Positions 1-11,105 of a stretch of DNA of 64,000 nt are shown here, piece by piece (the stretch's first letter is position 1; each line of letters opens with the position of its first letter). Made by a program: the position numbers and the translations under genes. The stretch lies in the NCBI GenBank assembly GCA_010093605.1, contig MU004198.1, positions 126,726-190,725 on the forward strand, read 5' to 3'. The DNA is from Lophium mytilinum. Its lineage: Eukaryota. The notes beneath the pieces were generated by a model. The model worked only from the letters and a program-made list of their open reading frames with translations. It was not told where the DNA came from and ran no database searches.

Positions 1-591
1 TCGCCAGCTCAGTCATCCTACTTACACATAACATTGTCTACTCAAGTGGTCCCAGATCAGTCATTACAGAACGAAATCAACGATGAAAGCTCCGACCAGG
101 AACCAATGTCCAGAGCGTCCACAGCCGTAGACATGGATAGTCCAATCGCACAAAGCAGACGCCCAACCCAAGAATTGTTTCCACACCATGAAACGCCTAG
201 TGAGACGAAACAATACCCAGATCTGCACTCATCAGGCTCGCAACTCCCAGATAAGGCAATAGCCCTTTATGGGCAGGAGCCGTTTCTACCTCATCAAGGT
301 GCCAACATCCGTGGCCGCCAGTATGCCAAACCCTTCAAGGACTTGTCATCAAGACAACCCACCCAACTCCCCAACGGCCAAGGATCTTTCAACTTTAGCG
401 GAGATTACTTTGATGAAGTCACTGCTAGCGGCAATGCTAAGCAATGGGCTGGACGATTCGGATCGGCCACTATGCCACAAGCATCCCAGTCAACCGGCAA
501 TTACTATGGAAAGATCAATTCTACTGAAAGTTCGAGGACATACCTTGGCCATTTTAGTGATGAGCAATGTAAAGATATTTTCAACCAATAA
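1..591 (+). CDS. 3' end of a gene that starts upstream of the window; disordered linker plus C-terminal two-repeat HET-s-like (HRAM-type) amyloid motif
   Basis: Frame 1 is open from base 1 to TAA at 589-591. The C-terminal pseudo-repeats DYFDEVTASGNAKQWAG (403-453) and NYYGKINSTESSRTYLG (499-549) are in register with HET-s PFD repeats R1/R2. Confidence 0.6.
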   Translation, partial: SPAQSSYLHITLSTQVVPDQSLQNEINDESSDQEPMSRASTAVDMDSPIAQSRRPTQELFPHHETPSETKQYPDLHSSGSQLPDKAIALYGQEPFLPHQGANIRGRQYAKPFKDLSSRQPTQLPNGQGSFNFSGDYFDEVTASGNAKQWAGRFGSATMPQASQSTGNYYGKINSTESSRTYLGHFSDEQCKDIFNQ

Positions 592-1652
592 GTCTTATTG
601 GCCAACCCTCCCGAATCTCATCACGGTGAGACGACGTCGAATGCCTATCACTACGCTATGGCTATTATACCATAGCCAGAGGCTGAAGTCTTTCAAGTTC
701 CCAGAAAGATGCCACGCCGTCTCTAGAGCTAGGATCTAACTCCGACTTGGATTCTCATGATCTCATCTGGTATCGATATCGACTCGACAAACTCGCCACC
801 TTATATCTGCGATCGACTCATCACCACGATCGATTTACCAGACCGCGACTCCACGAAGGCATACCTCATATACCCCAGCTCAGCTCCCTCTTACGCCTGA
901 CCTTCTCACTCACATAATCTACACGCAAACGAAAAGCCCTTCGAACTAGAACATTGGGGTTCGATAGCTGGCTCACTTGACCCGCGTATCAACGATCTCG
1001 ACTTTTCGATCTCGCCTGATAATCTACTCTGCGATACACCCTACTAGTTTCTTCTAGTTCTTTCCTTTCTACTACACCTGTACGCAGATCATATTCCACG
1101 CAACCTTCACGAGTTTACGAGAATTTTCTCATAATCTCAGGGGCTTTCCTGGAGTGAAAACGTTTCATTTTAAGGTGGTAAAAGGGAACGTCCAGAACAC
1201 CTTCCCTCCCATGCACAGATCTTTGTTTATTCTATCTTCTCTTCAAAATATTTCTACAGTTGATAACAAGACTAAGACAGCCCATACCCCTCTCATGCAT
1301 CCTAACCTCACTGCTTCTTGAGGTCTCCCGATATGTTTCTAGGACTCCACACAAAGGCGACAGCATCCTTGTCTGTGTAAATCCGTTGACTACCATGCGA
1401 GGTCTTCTAATATACTCTGAAACCCGGGGCCACAACTCCAAGTAATGTATATATTTTAAGTCTCCGAAGCTGACTTGTGGGCTGCCCTTTTCATTGCACC
1501 GCCGGTGTCGATGAGCTGGCCGTATTGAGCCCAAGCTTGTCGAGCAGCCGCAATGTGACATGCACACAGGCAACGGAACCACCTACATACCGGTTCGAAA
1601 GTGAGTTTCTTATGAAGCGATCCACCCCACACATCAGCGATATGTTCTTTGC

Positions 1653-2512
1653 CTAAGCCCTGTATTCGCTTTCCCGGGCTGCCGCGGTCCACTCGTACGC
1701 ACATTTACAGTCCTTTCTGCGGCACCCGACCCAGCAGAGCGCCTTGATTTCGACAATAACTAAATGTGGAAAAAACCATGCCAAGATGCACACAAATAAT
1801 GCCATACTAGGCTCGACATCGTCTTCGCTTCGCTGTCCTTGTCGAGAGCTCAGCTCTATACCGAATATTTCAAAGACGACTGCCATAGTGATAAACATTG
1901 CGATAAGCGGGGTGAAGGTTTTCAACATCAAGAAGTATGGCCCGCAAGTACCCCAGAACCTCCGTTTTCCGGGTGATTGCTACCAGCTAAATTAGCCTAG
2001 GGGCTCTTCACGTTCCATTCAATTATAAGACTCACATCTTTTTCCCACATCATGCATAGGATGGAGAGCACAGACCCGGCGAAGAACATGAATGTTCGAG
2101 TGTTTCCCTCTGCCGTGCCGATGTAGAACGCCCACAGACCCGTGCTGCTCTCGAGTTTTTGTGCACCAAAAAAGCGCACGAGGGTATCTTTCCGGGATTC
2201 CGGTAGCGTCCCGCCCACGCAAAGGAGGCGGCCTGTGTACCAGACGGCACGGAGTAGGAAGTAGTGCTTTGCCGGGCGGCCTCTCCAGCGGCAAATTTGC
2301 AAGACGAGGAGAAGGACTGCGGCTTCGACCACGAGGGCGATGAGTTTGGCGAAATAGGTGGGCGTTGGCCTTTCAACAGAGGCAAAAAGACCGATGATTA
2401 CGGTCGTCTCGAGATAGCAAAATGCTACCTCTCCCCAGTGGAGCAGGCCGGGCGGCTCTGTTTGCTGTTGGAGATTCATATCGTCCGAGTTTTCGTTCGC
2501 TGTGGATGCCAT
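1653..2512 (-). CDS. Hypothetical multi-pass membrane protein, 2 exons (about 267 aa)
   Basis: ORFs 1997-2512 and 1653-1931 join in frame via a predicted intron at 1980-2035 (GTGAGT donor, GCTAAT branch, TAG acceptor; phase 0/0). Several hydrophobic helices are present. Confidence 0.6.
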
Positions 2513-2719
2513 CTTTGATATGGAGGCAGGATTGTTTCTGGTGTTGTATGGGGGTTGAAGAGTGTTTAAAAGCGGGCGCGCGAATTCATAGGATTTGTGC
2601 GTGAAAGCTATGATTCGAGATCAGAGCGTGCTGTCGAGTTCGAATCCTCATTTTAGGGTAGCGAGTTGAGAACCGCGGTTGGGTCAAGTCTACCTCAACC
2701 AATGGTACAGGTCCTCATC

Positions 2720-3870
2720 AAAGTTTACCTCGCCCTTTTCTACCACTCATTGTCGTACTCCTCCGAATTGAAAGCTGATTACCTCGTGCAACTTCATCTT
2801 TGCGAACGGTCTTCCAACCAGAACCATCCTATTTCCAGAGCTGGATCCCTTCTATAAGCATTCTGAGTCCACGTCTTTGCGCCTATCAGAACTCCTCGTC
2901 CATTGCTAAGTCTTCATCCAGTATTAGAGAAGAACTTCAAGCTTGTGCAACGTGCTTGTCGGAGAGAATCAGTGCTGCGGATGCGTCAAGCATCTTAGTC
3001 GGCCCTAGACTGTGTTCTACGATGGTTGGAGAGCTAGAGTGTGGAACGCTGGAATTGGCGCTTGAGGCACGGCTATATCGATAACTCAGGTGATCGACGG
3101 CATGTAGAGACTATAACGAAGGGTCCTTAAATATTGAAGAAGCATAAGTTAGCAAGTCTGACGCTGAGGCGAACGAATCGTTTCGGGAGAGCCCTCACTC
3201 TCACGCGGCTCGTCAACTCTGGCTTGGACTCGTAGTCGTCGTCGAGGTGATTTGCTGGCTTAGAGAGCTCTCGGGGAATCGCATATAGATTAATGGGGCT
3301 TGTGGCTTTTCAACTGGGGCCTCAGACTCGCCATCTAAAGTGAATTGCGATCAATCGAGTCTCTGGCTAATCGAGTCTAGCTTGGGACGTCGTCGAGGAG
3401 GTAATCTGATGGCTCAGAGAGCTCCGTACGGGCAGCACATGAAGCAATCGGTATTTGGGTTGTCAACTTGGGGATCTCCGACTGCGGCGTGGTTTCGTCG
3501 TTGTCGGTGCTGCGCAAGGGGAAGCCCATGAAGCGATCGGTATTTGCTTCTTCGACGTGGGGCTCTTCGACTGTGGCTTGGATTCATCATTATCGTCGTC
3601 GTCGTTGTTGAGGTGATCTTCTGGCTCAAAGAGCTCCGTACGGGCAGCACATGGAGCAACTGGTATTTGCTCCGTTAGCTTGGGGCTCTTCGACTGCGGC
3701 GTTGACTCGTTGTTGTTGATGCTCCGCGGGGGAAGCCTATAGAGCAATCAGTATTTGCTTCTTTTGGTTTCATATTTTGTTTCTGTCCGAGATGTTAACA
3801 GAGATCTGTAGATCAGACAACTAGAATAGGGGAAACTCACTGTTTTTTGTGGCCATTTGTGGATACATGG
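2720..3870 (-). pseudogene. Possible decayed gene with internal repeats
   Basis: Protein-like reading (e.g. ESKPQSKSP..KQIPIA; DLAMDEEF**AQRRGLRMLIEGIQLWK*) is interrupted by stops and frame changes. Intron-like signals occur near 3125-3205 and 3807-3840. Confidence 0.3.
3395..3775. repeat. Degenerate tandem repeat, about 212-bp period made of two related about 100-bp subunits
   Basis: GGCTCARAGAGCTCCGTACGGGCAGCACATG occurs at 3411 and 3623. GTATTTG recurs at about 3451, 3540, 3663 and 3751, followed by TGGGG..CGACTG in the first three. Confidence 0.8.
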
Positions 3871-3888
3871 AGATTATTCTGAAGTTTT

Positions 3889-4155
3889 GATCTGAATTTT
3901 CAGGATGTATTGGGGGACCTCACACAGTGGTCAACAGGCGTACGCAGACAAAGGGGCTGTCGGTTTTGTTCAGGGCCTCGCAAACATGGAGTATATCCGG
4001 ATTGCGTTGAGATTTGATCTGGATTTCCAGAATGTACTGGAGGACGACACACGGTGGTCAACGAATGTACCCAGATAAGTGCTGTAAAGTTGATCTAGAC
4101 TTTGAGGATGTATTGGAGAAACTCAGACGGTGGTCAAAGACTGTACGCAGATAGG
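3889..4155. repeat. Three diverged about 63-bp direct repeats
   Basis: GATCT(G/A)..TT..AG.ATGTA.TGG.G....CA.AC.GTGGTCAA....GTAC.CAGA starts at 3889, 4016 and 4092. Confidence 0.75.
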
Positions 4156-4830
4156 ACTGCTGTGGATTCTGTCCACGATTTTCAGAACATATCGGAGTAC
4201 CCCAGATAGCGGTGAGGCAAGTGAAGTTATCGCTTGACCCGTCGCAAAGCCCAACACTAACCCTATCGCTATGGATGCCTCCAATAGAAAGCTTCGAGTG
4301 ATGGAAACTGCAGCGAAATACATGGGCAACACACGCCCTCTAGGTTAGCGTACGAAAAGCCTAGTACCACTTGAGGTCCTGTAGTACATTATGAGAGATC
4401 GGTAAGGGACAGTGTTGACAAGGTTGATAGCCTTGCGGGCCACCTCAAACGGTGTCGTACTATCGCTTTATGTTCAACAGCAAGTTCGAGCGTTGCGCCA
4501 TGACGGGATACGAGATAGGAAGCGTGCAATGTCTCGGTATCTTTATCAATAACAGAAAGGGTTGAATACGATAGTAGAAACACTCAAGCTCAGTCACATC
4601 AGAAAATGCTTTTATTCAAGCTAATAATACAGAAGTTCGAATTGAAAGACTAGAATACAGCTTTTGACCGCCCACCGCATCTAAACATCAGAGCAAAGTG
4701 AGAAGTACTACAGGATATAAGAACACGACAGTCAAGAATGTAGAAGTAGCAGATGAAAGCCCAATCAGACGCCCTGAGCCTCCTGATCAACTCCAAAACT
4801 CCAACTCCGGAATGAGAGCCTCACCTCAAA

Positions 4831-7083
4831 CTACCTCCTTCGATGATAACTGATTTCTGTCATATCGTCTACCGGATAAGGCAGTGGAGCTCCCCCTCTT
4901 CGCCCACCCCACGGTGGCGGTGGTGCCATCTCCCTTTCGCGAGTAAGCCGCATATGCTCCATTCTCTCTTCCATCAACCTTCGCTGCTGCCTTTCCGCGG
5001 GCGACTCTCGCGCCTCCAATGGCAGATACTCCGGCGCAGGCGCTAGTCGGCGCTGACCACTATACTGAGGCACATCGTGCCTCATCGAGCGTGGCACGTC
5101 GGGTGGATAGCCGCTGTCCCACGTGAGTGACCGCTGCTGCTGCGGCGGCGGCGGCGGCGGCGGCGGCGCATTCCTTGGGTAGTTATTGTGCTCGCTACGC
5201 CCCTCGAGGGAAAGATGGCGGTAGGATATCATATCAGGACGCCTATCTGGGTGGTCCTGTTTTGGATACACAGGCTCGCTATCACGGCGAAGAGGTTGAC
5301 GAACCGGCGGGTGCTCGCGATGGTGTTGGAGCTCGCGGTGCTGCGTAGGCGGGACATGGTTTCTATACACTGGTTTTGGGCGGCGTTGCTCGGTTGCTGT
5401 ATCGCGCTTGTACAGCGACCCCTTTCGACTAGGTGGGTAGTCGTCTTCGAGGCTGCTAGGTGGGGTGGGTGGGGAGGGCCTAGGGTCTGTGAATACGGAG
5501 TTGCCGGAGTGAGAGAAGGCGGAGCCGCCTTCGTCATAATACGAGTCCTCAGAATCTTGGTCGGAGACGTTGCGGTGATGAGAGGGCTCGATCCAGCCCT
5601 TCACTTTCGAATGAGCGTCGTACGCAGAGCTGCGGGTCTCTGGGTAAAATGTAGGACCGCGATCGATAGGAGCGGGTTGGGTGATGTTGATGATGGTAGT
5701 ACTGGGGTTTGTGTTGGGGGGACTGGGCTGGCGTTTGAGATGCTTCCCAATGGGAGGAGGTGGGAGGGTTTTTGGAGGTTTGGGTTGAGTGGACCTTTTC
5801 TCGCGCGACTGATGGCGGTTGCGTTGGTCGATGTAGTCGTCCAACTCTTCTTCTGAGCTAGATCCAGTGTCGGAGTAGTCTGAAACCTCCTCGTCGGTGG
5901 GATGATGCAACATCTTGACCCTTTGCTTCTGAAAGGCTTCACTGTCCTTCACTTTTGGAAACTTGGGAGGCTCGTATCGCATGCTTGGCTGCTGAGTTGG
6001 TTTTGGCATACCACCCATCTGTGGGATAGCACCCATTTGCTGTAGCATAGCACCCATCTGCTGTGGCGTAGGACCCATTTGCTGCGGCATTCCGCCCATC
6101 TGCTGCGGCATTCCACTCATCTGCTGCGGTATGACTTGTATTTGAGGCGCAGGTGGTGGCGGAGGTGGAGGAGGAGGAGGTGGTGGAGCCATCTGAGGCT
6201 GCTGGTTCTGCGGGCGGTTCTGCTGTTGCTGTTGTTGCTGATGCGGCTGAGGAGCAGGAGGGGGCGGTGGTGGTGGTGGAGGAGGCTGCTGCATCTGCTG
6301 CTTTTGCTGTTGTACAGGAGCTGGGGGCGGAGGCGGAGGCGGTGGGGGTGGGAACCCTTGATTATGGGTATTAGGTCTATTTTGCCCTTGATTCCCCGGA
6401 TTCGGCCCCTGGTTCTGTCCTGAATGTTGAGGCTGTTTCTGGTTTTGGTTTTGGGAGTTCCCTGGGTTTGGTTGCGGGGCCTTTCCTCCTTGGGATTGCT
6501 TCTGGTTTTGGGCATTTCCATTGCTGGCTTTGGGCTCACGAGCATAGTATGGGTCCTGATGATCGTCGAATTGGCTGGACATGGCATTCGCCTTTACTTG
6601 GGTCTTCAGGATGACTGTGATTGCAACTACTTGTTTATACTTTCGGTTGAGATCCTTCCATTCTACATCAATACTGGCCATAGTCCACTCGATATCCCTG
6701 GCAGATCGGGAGAGCTCCTTGTTCTGCTCGTCGATGAGCCTGTCAATCTGAAGGCGCATGTGGTCGGACTTGAGGCTATCATATTCGTTTTGTACAGAGC
6801 GGTGCAGCTTTTCTTTCTTAAGGCGCTGCTTCTTGACTAGAAACATGAGATCATCCATGGGTATTCTCATGGGGAGCTGCCGGACTCGCTGCCAGGATGG
6901 TTCCATGATGCCTTCCGGGAGTTCCTCGAGGGACACTTTTCGGAGAACCCATCCTGTGTATTGAGAGGTGAAACCACTATAGCCGGGGAATTGGCTAAGA
7001 GAGGTCCTTGGCCCTGCTTGCTGCACTTGTCGGAACTGGTCTCCTTGCGGGAGTGGTTGCCCACCATGTCCTCCCACCATCAT
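4831..7083 (-). CDS. Hypothetical Pro/Gln-rich protein (750 aa) with a folded-looking N-terminal domain and low-complexity C-terminal region
   Basis: Uninterrupted 2.25-kb ORF. The N-terminal segment YTGWVLRK...IEWTMASI...ITVILK looks globular; it is followed by Q/N-rich and polyproline tracts. Confidence 0.85.
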   Translation of the reverse strand: MMVGGHGGQPLPQGDQFRQVQQAGPRTSLSQFPGYSGFTSQYTGWVLRKVSLEELPEGIMEPSWQRVRQLPMRIPMDDLMFLVKKQRLKKEKLHRSVQNEYDSLKSDHMRLQIDRLIDEQNKELSRSARDIEWTMASIDVEWKDLNRKYKQVVAITVILKTQVKANAMSSQFDDHQDPYYAREPKASNGNAQNQKQSQGGKAPQPNPGNSQNQNQKQPQHSGQNQGPNPGNQGQNRPNTHNQGFPPPPPPPPPPAPVQQQKQQMQQPPPPPPPPPPAPQPHQQQQQQQNRPQNQQPQMAPPPPPPPPPPPPAPQIQVIPQQMSGMPQQMGGMPQQMGPTPQQMGAMLQQMGAIPQMGGMPKPTQQPSMRYEPPKFPKVKDSEAFQKQRVKMLHHPTDEEVSDYSDTGSSSEEELDDYIDQRNRHQSREKRSTQPKPPKTLPPPPIGKHLKRQPSPPNTNPSTTIINITQPAPIDRGPTFYPETRSSAYDAHSKVKGWIEPSHHRNVSDQDSEDSYYDEGGSAFSHSGNSVFTDPRPSPPTPPSSLEDDYPPSRKGSLYKRDTATEQRRPKPVYRNHVPPTQHRELQHHREHPPVRQPLRRDSEPVYPKQDHPDRRPDMISYRHLSLEGRSEHNNYPRNAPPPPPPPPQQQRSLTWDSGYPPDVPRSMRHDVPQYSGQRRLAPAPEYLPLEARESPAERQQRRLMEERMEHMRLTREREMAPPPPWGGRRGGAPLPYPVDDMTEISYHRRR
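6004..6130 (-). repeat. Coding 21-bp minisatellite (QQMG(G/A/P)(M/T/I)P heptads)
   Basis: About six imperfect copies of CAT(C/T)TGCTG(C/T)GGCAT.CC.CC on the + strand. Confidence 0.75.
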
Positions 7084-10000
7084 GTGGATTAGGAGGCGAA
7101 TATAATTGAATGATGGTTTAGATCAGAGATAACAAGAGAGTAAGAGTGGCGAAGTGGAGAAAGACGGTGAGGTAAATTGACGTGTCAGGCAGAGAAGAGC
7201 CTACGCTTAAGAATGAAGATAAGATTGAAGGGTATTAATAGGGCAGCATAACCTGATAAATGAGGCGGGGAAGGGGTTTCAGAATGGGATATATAGACAT
7301 CACCTCCTACCTCGAGTATCAGGTCGGTGTTTGTCTTGCTTGACAAGGACTCTCGCGGCTAGGCCTCATGCACGACTCTGGCACCACGTACAAGGCGATC
7401 GGTAAAGGACCAGCTGATAACACAGGCGGGACCTCTGACACTCACTTGATTGGTGTTTTTATGTTTCGTGTGCTTGCCTCAGCATTCGAATGGCTGCGGT
7501 GGACTCCCGCCGGTGAGGATGGTGCTTCCCATAGCGTCGGGCGTAAAAGAAGGCAATCGAAAAGTCAGATGCCTTCACGCCCGTCCTCGCGGCCTGCGAT
7601 TGGCCTTTGGAAGCAATTCGAGGTTCAAGATCATTGACCGGAAGACGCCCCGCGCCAGGAAGTAGGAGATGTAGCGAATATCGCTCCCAACTTCCGGATA
7701 GTCGACACGGCCTGATGGTGTTGCTCCTGCAGCCATGTCTGTTACATCCGGGAACTTGCTAGTACTTCCAGCCACTATTGCTTGCATCTGATAGGGACAG
7801 CCTAACAAGGCAGACTATGCTTTTGTGTTTGGGGTACGCGATGATGCCGTCGGCAGAAGGCAAAGGGATGAAGTCGAAGTCCACTAGCACCCGTCGATCG
7901 CCCCGCTTGGACCAGGCGTTGAGGGATGGCAGATCACTGACGACGTAGTAAGAAGGCAACCACCAACTAACAGGGCGATATACGACAACACCATGAGGGA
8001 CAATTTGAGGGACTTCGCCGGGCCGTCGCCGCTCACAATCAGGGCGCAGTCCTTCGCCCGGCCGTGTCTCAACATGTGTCTACCGCCTGGTGCCCGGCAT
8101 TTCCACCCCGCCAGCGCACTCTTCTCACCACTGCCTGCTGTCGTGCTCTGCCCAACTGAGTCACCTTTGCTCCAGCGCTGAAGCAACTGCAGTGCTGCCA
8201 GATTTCAGACCTGACGCTGAAACCGCCGAGTACCCCTCACAGGCACCAGCGAGCCATCGTAGCACATATGCGCCGAACATTCCTCTGCTTCGTGCCTCTG
8301 CAGCGGTGCTGTGAAGGCGATCAATACCATCATGGTGGAAACCACTCTCACGGCTGCGAGCGGAAGCTGTCTTTGCGCAGTGGAGTGCTATCCGCGTCCA
8401 GCTTGCCATTCGTGTAGGGTCTGCTTTTACGAGCTTCTAAGAACGCCTGCATATGCACAGCGTCACGCACTCCAACTGCCTTCCAGGCTGGGCTGGCTGG
8501 AATCGCATCCATGCCCTCGCGACGGGCCCTCGAGGCCGCTCCATATGCGGGCACCCACACTGGCATGGTGGAGCAACCCTATTGCTTCCCGGCAATGCGA
8601 ACCCATGGATACTGCCAAGGGTTCAGCCTTGCGAGCAGGGCGGACGGGCGTTCTTGGATATCATCCTTAGTCCCGAATAGGAAGAGGTTGAGCAATCTTT
8701 CTGGAGGACTGCAGGGGTGTGGTTCGTGTGTCTCCATGTAATCCCTTCATGTCAGATTTCCATCACACACAACTCGCGATGGCCGTCGGCATGGCTCGTG
8801 CGTAACCAAAGCGTTTCCGATTACAGCCTCTCTTTGCGTCCGGTGGTCACTCTCTAATACCAAGCCACAAACTTACCTTATAAGGGAGCGACTCCGAGCG
8901 CCTTTAGGGGGGAATAGCACCCTTCTGGCCAACCAAATCTCGAGCCGCTTCAGTGCTAACCTGGAAAAGCGCAATACCAGGATCGACTCAGCTTAGCGCT
9001 GGGTCACCGGACGCAAAGAAAGGCTGTAGTCCACGGTTCTAGATGTCCGCCTATGGCGAGCATCCGGGCCTTGAAACGCTATCTCATCCAAGCGACGTTA
9101 CCACCATGAGTATTGATCATACCACCAAAAATTCGGAACTGGTTGAGTAGTCTTTTGCAATGCTTCCCAGCTCGTTAGCCTTGTATTTCAATCACACTTG
9201 TCTTTTCTTCTGCCGTGGAACACTATCACTTTAAGGCAATCACTTCGCGTCAAACGAAGTATCGATAGTTGAATAGTACATCTCGTGGATTCAACGACAT
9301 TTCGAAATTGGCCTTATCATGTTTTGGTCCATAAGCTCTACCACAAAAATATAACAAGAAGCTTAAAATGGTTAGCCTCCTAAGACAGATCAGCTCAACT
9401 GTCTCATTCCTCTGTTTCTATACATACTAATGGATGGTATTCGATTTTCTATTCTAACGAGTCATTTCTATCATTCTCGACCGCTGTCTCACGGTCGCAG
9501 TATCATCACCTACCCAAAAACAAACTCACAAACTACCTCCTTCACGCTAAGTGCATCGTGCTCCGTTCCACGGACAAACTCCCAAAACGCCATCCCTCCT
9601 TCCCCGCAGCAGTGCCACACGATCGGTCCTCTCACTCGTCTGCCCGCCTCACTCCAAAACACCATGCCACCATGACCGCATTACCGAATCCGGACACCGT
9701 GATTCCAACGTGAGGCTACCATCACATGGCCGAAAATGGTACACCTCATCCACCTCACTTTCAACGCCGTCCATGCCCACCACGACGTCGCAACACTCCA
9801 TCCACGCGCAAAGGGCGCTGCACTCTGCACGCTTACTAACTACCGTCTTCGCCGAGGTGCCAATTTAACCGATCACGTGCAGCTTAGTCATCAATGTATT
9901 CGTTTCGCGGGCTGATCGATGTCAGTCCTTGACGGATGTCACCTCTGCGCCTAACACTCTCGCGACATGGCAAGACTTGCCTCCCGAGAGTACCGATTAC

Positions 10001-11105
10001 GCAGCAACAGCTTCTCAGCTTCTCGCTGCACATGTAATTTAGACAGAGCTAAACACAATATACATGTGTACCCCGTTCCATCTCTCCGCTGAATGCCTCA
10101 TAGCATAAGTTCACTTCCTCTACATAGTAGATTACTCTCTCATCCAAAACTATCTAAGCCCCCCGCCGCCCAAGCGTAGATAGACCTGTCCACCACGAAT
10201 AGCCCAAAAGGCCCTCATCACCACTTCCTAGACCTCCAGAACTCACCAGACCTCCACACCTACCTACACCCCCCCCACATCATCAGCCTCTAAACCCACC
10301 CAACCCTCCGTGCTCTGTCAAAGTTATCGCTAAGCCACGGCCTCGTTGACATGCTTCAAGCCTTCCCCACCTCTCGAACCCACCTCACGTGACCGTTGGG
10401 GTGGGTGCCCCAGCATCTACACCACCACCTCTTCGCGCCCTTGACTACACACAACAAGCTACTACTATTACACACCCATCTCAACAATACACCACGCCGC
10501 ACGAAATACTGCACATTCCCTTCACCAAAGTCATTTCATTCCACTATTCTATCTCCCACCCCTCACTCATACCAACCCCCAATACTCCCGCTCCGTCTAT
10601 ACACACCCCAAACCCCCCACCCGTCACATTACCCCGCCTACTCCCTTTATTAAGATTATTCAAACCCGCCCTCCCAGGCACTAGGCCGCAGAAGGGCGGA
10701 ACACAGACGCAGAATGCCCACGCATCTGACCAAGAAGCGGAAAAAAGGAGAAGAAAAGTCGCCAGCCATGACAGCAGATAGCGACAGACGCACACAGCTC
10801 TCGAGCCGTACAGCACTTAAAGAAACACACACACACACACCCAAAACAAAACTCCGAAATGCTTCATGCCCCATATCCCACATTAAAATCCCCGCGTTCC
10901 TGAAAAAAAGGTTTGTTTTGTTGATGCGAATGCTGCGCCAAAAAGCGAGTGGAAGAAATTTATACAATACACACCACACCCATCACACGAAGGGGCTGGA
11001 AGAAAAAGACACGAATGTGAAAGCTCACACAATCCCGTCACGTTCTCCCACTCCTTGAATATCATTACACTTCTACGCAACCCCCCCTCCTTACAGACCC
11101 GAAAT

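Noticed and set aside
2636..2650. GAGTTCGAATCC B-box/T-loop-like motif
   Set aside because: The T-stem does not pair and there is no A-box or cloverleaf, so it is not a tRNA.
3395..4155. Spaced repeats considered as a CRISPR-like array
   Set aside because: The context is eukaryotic, the repeats are highly diverged, intervening sequences are related to each other and there are no cas genes.
7084..11105. 4-kb gene-free interval with many short ORFs; considered as ncRNA or telomerase RNA host
   Set aside because: I found no coherent exon chain, telomeric template or recognisable RNA motif. A hidden gene cannot be excluded without RNA data.
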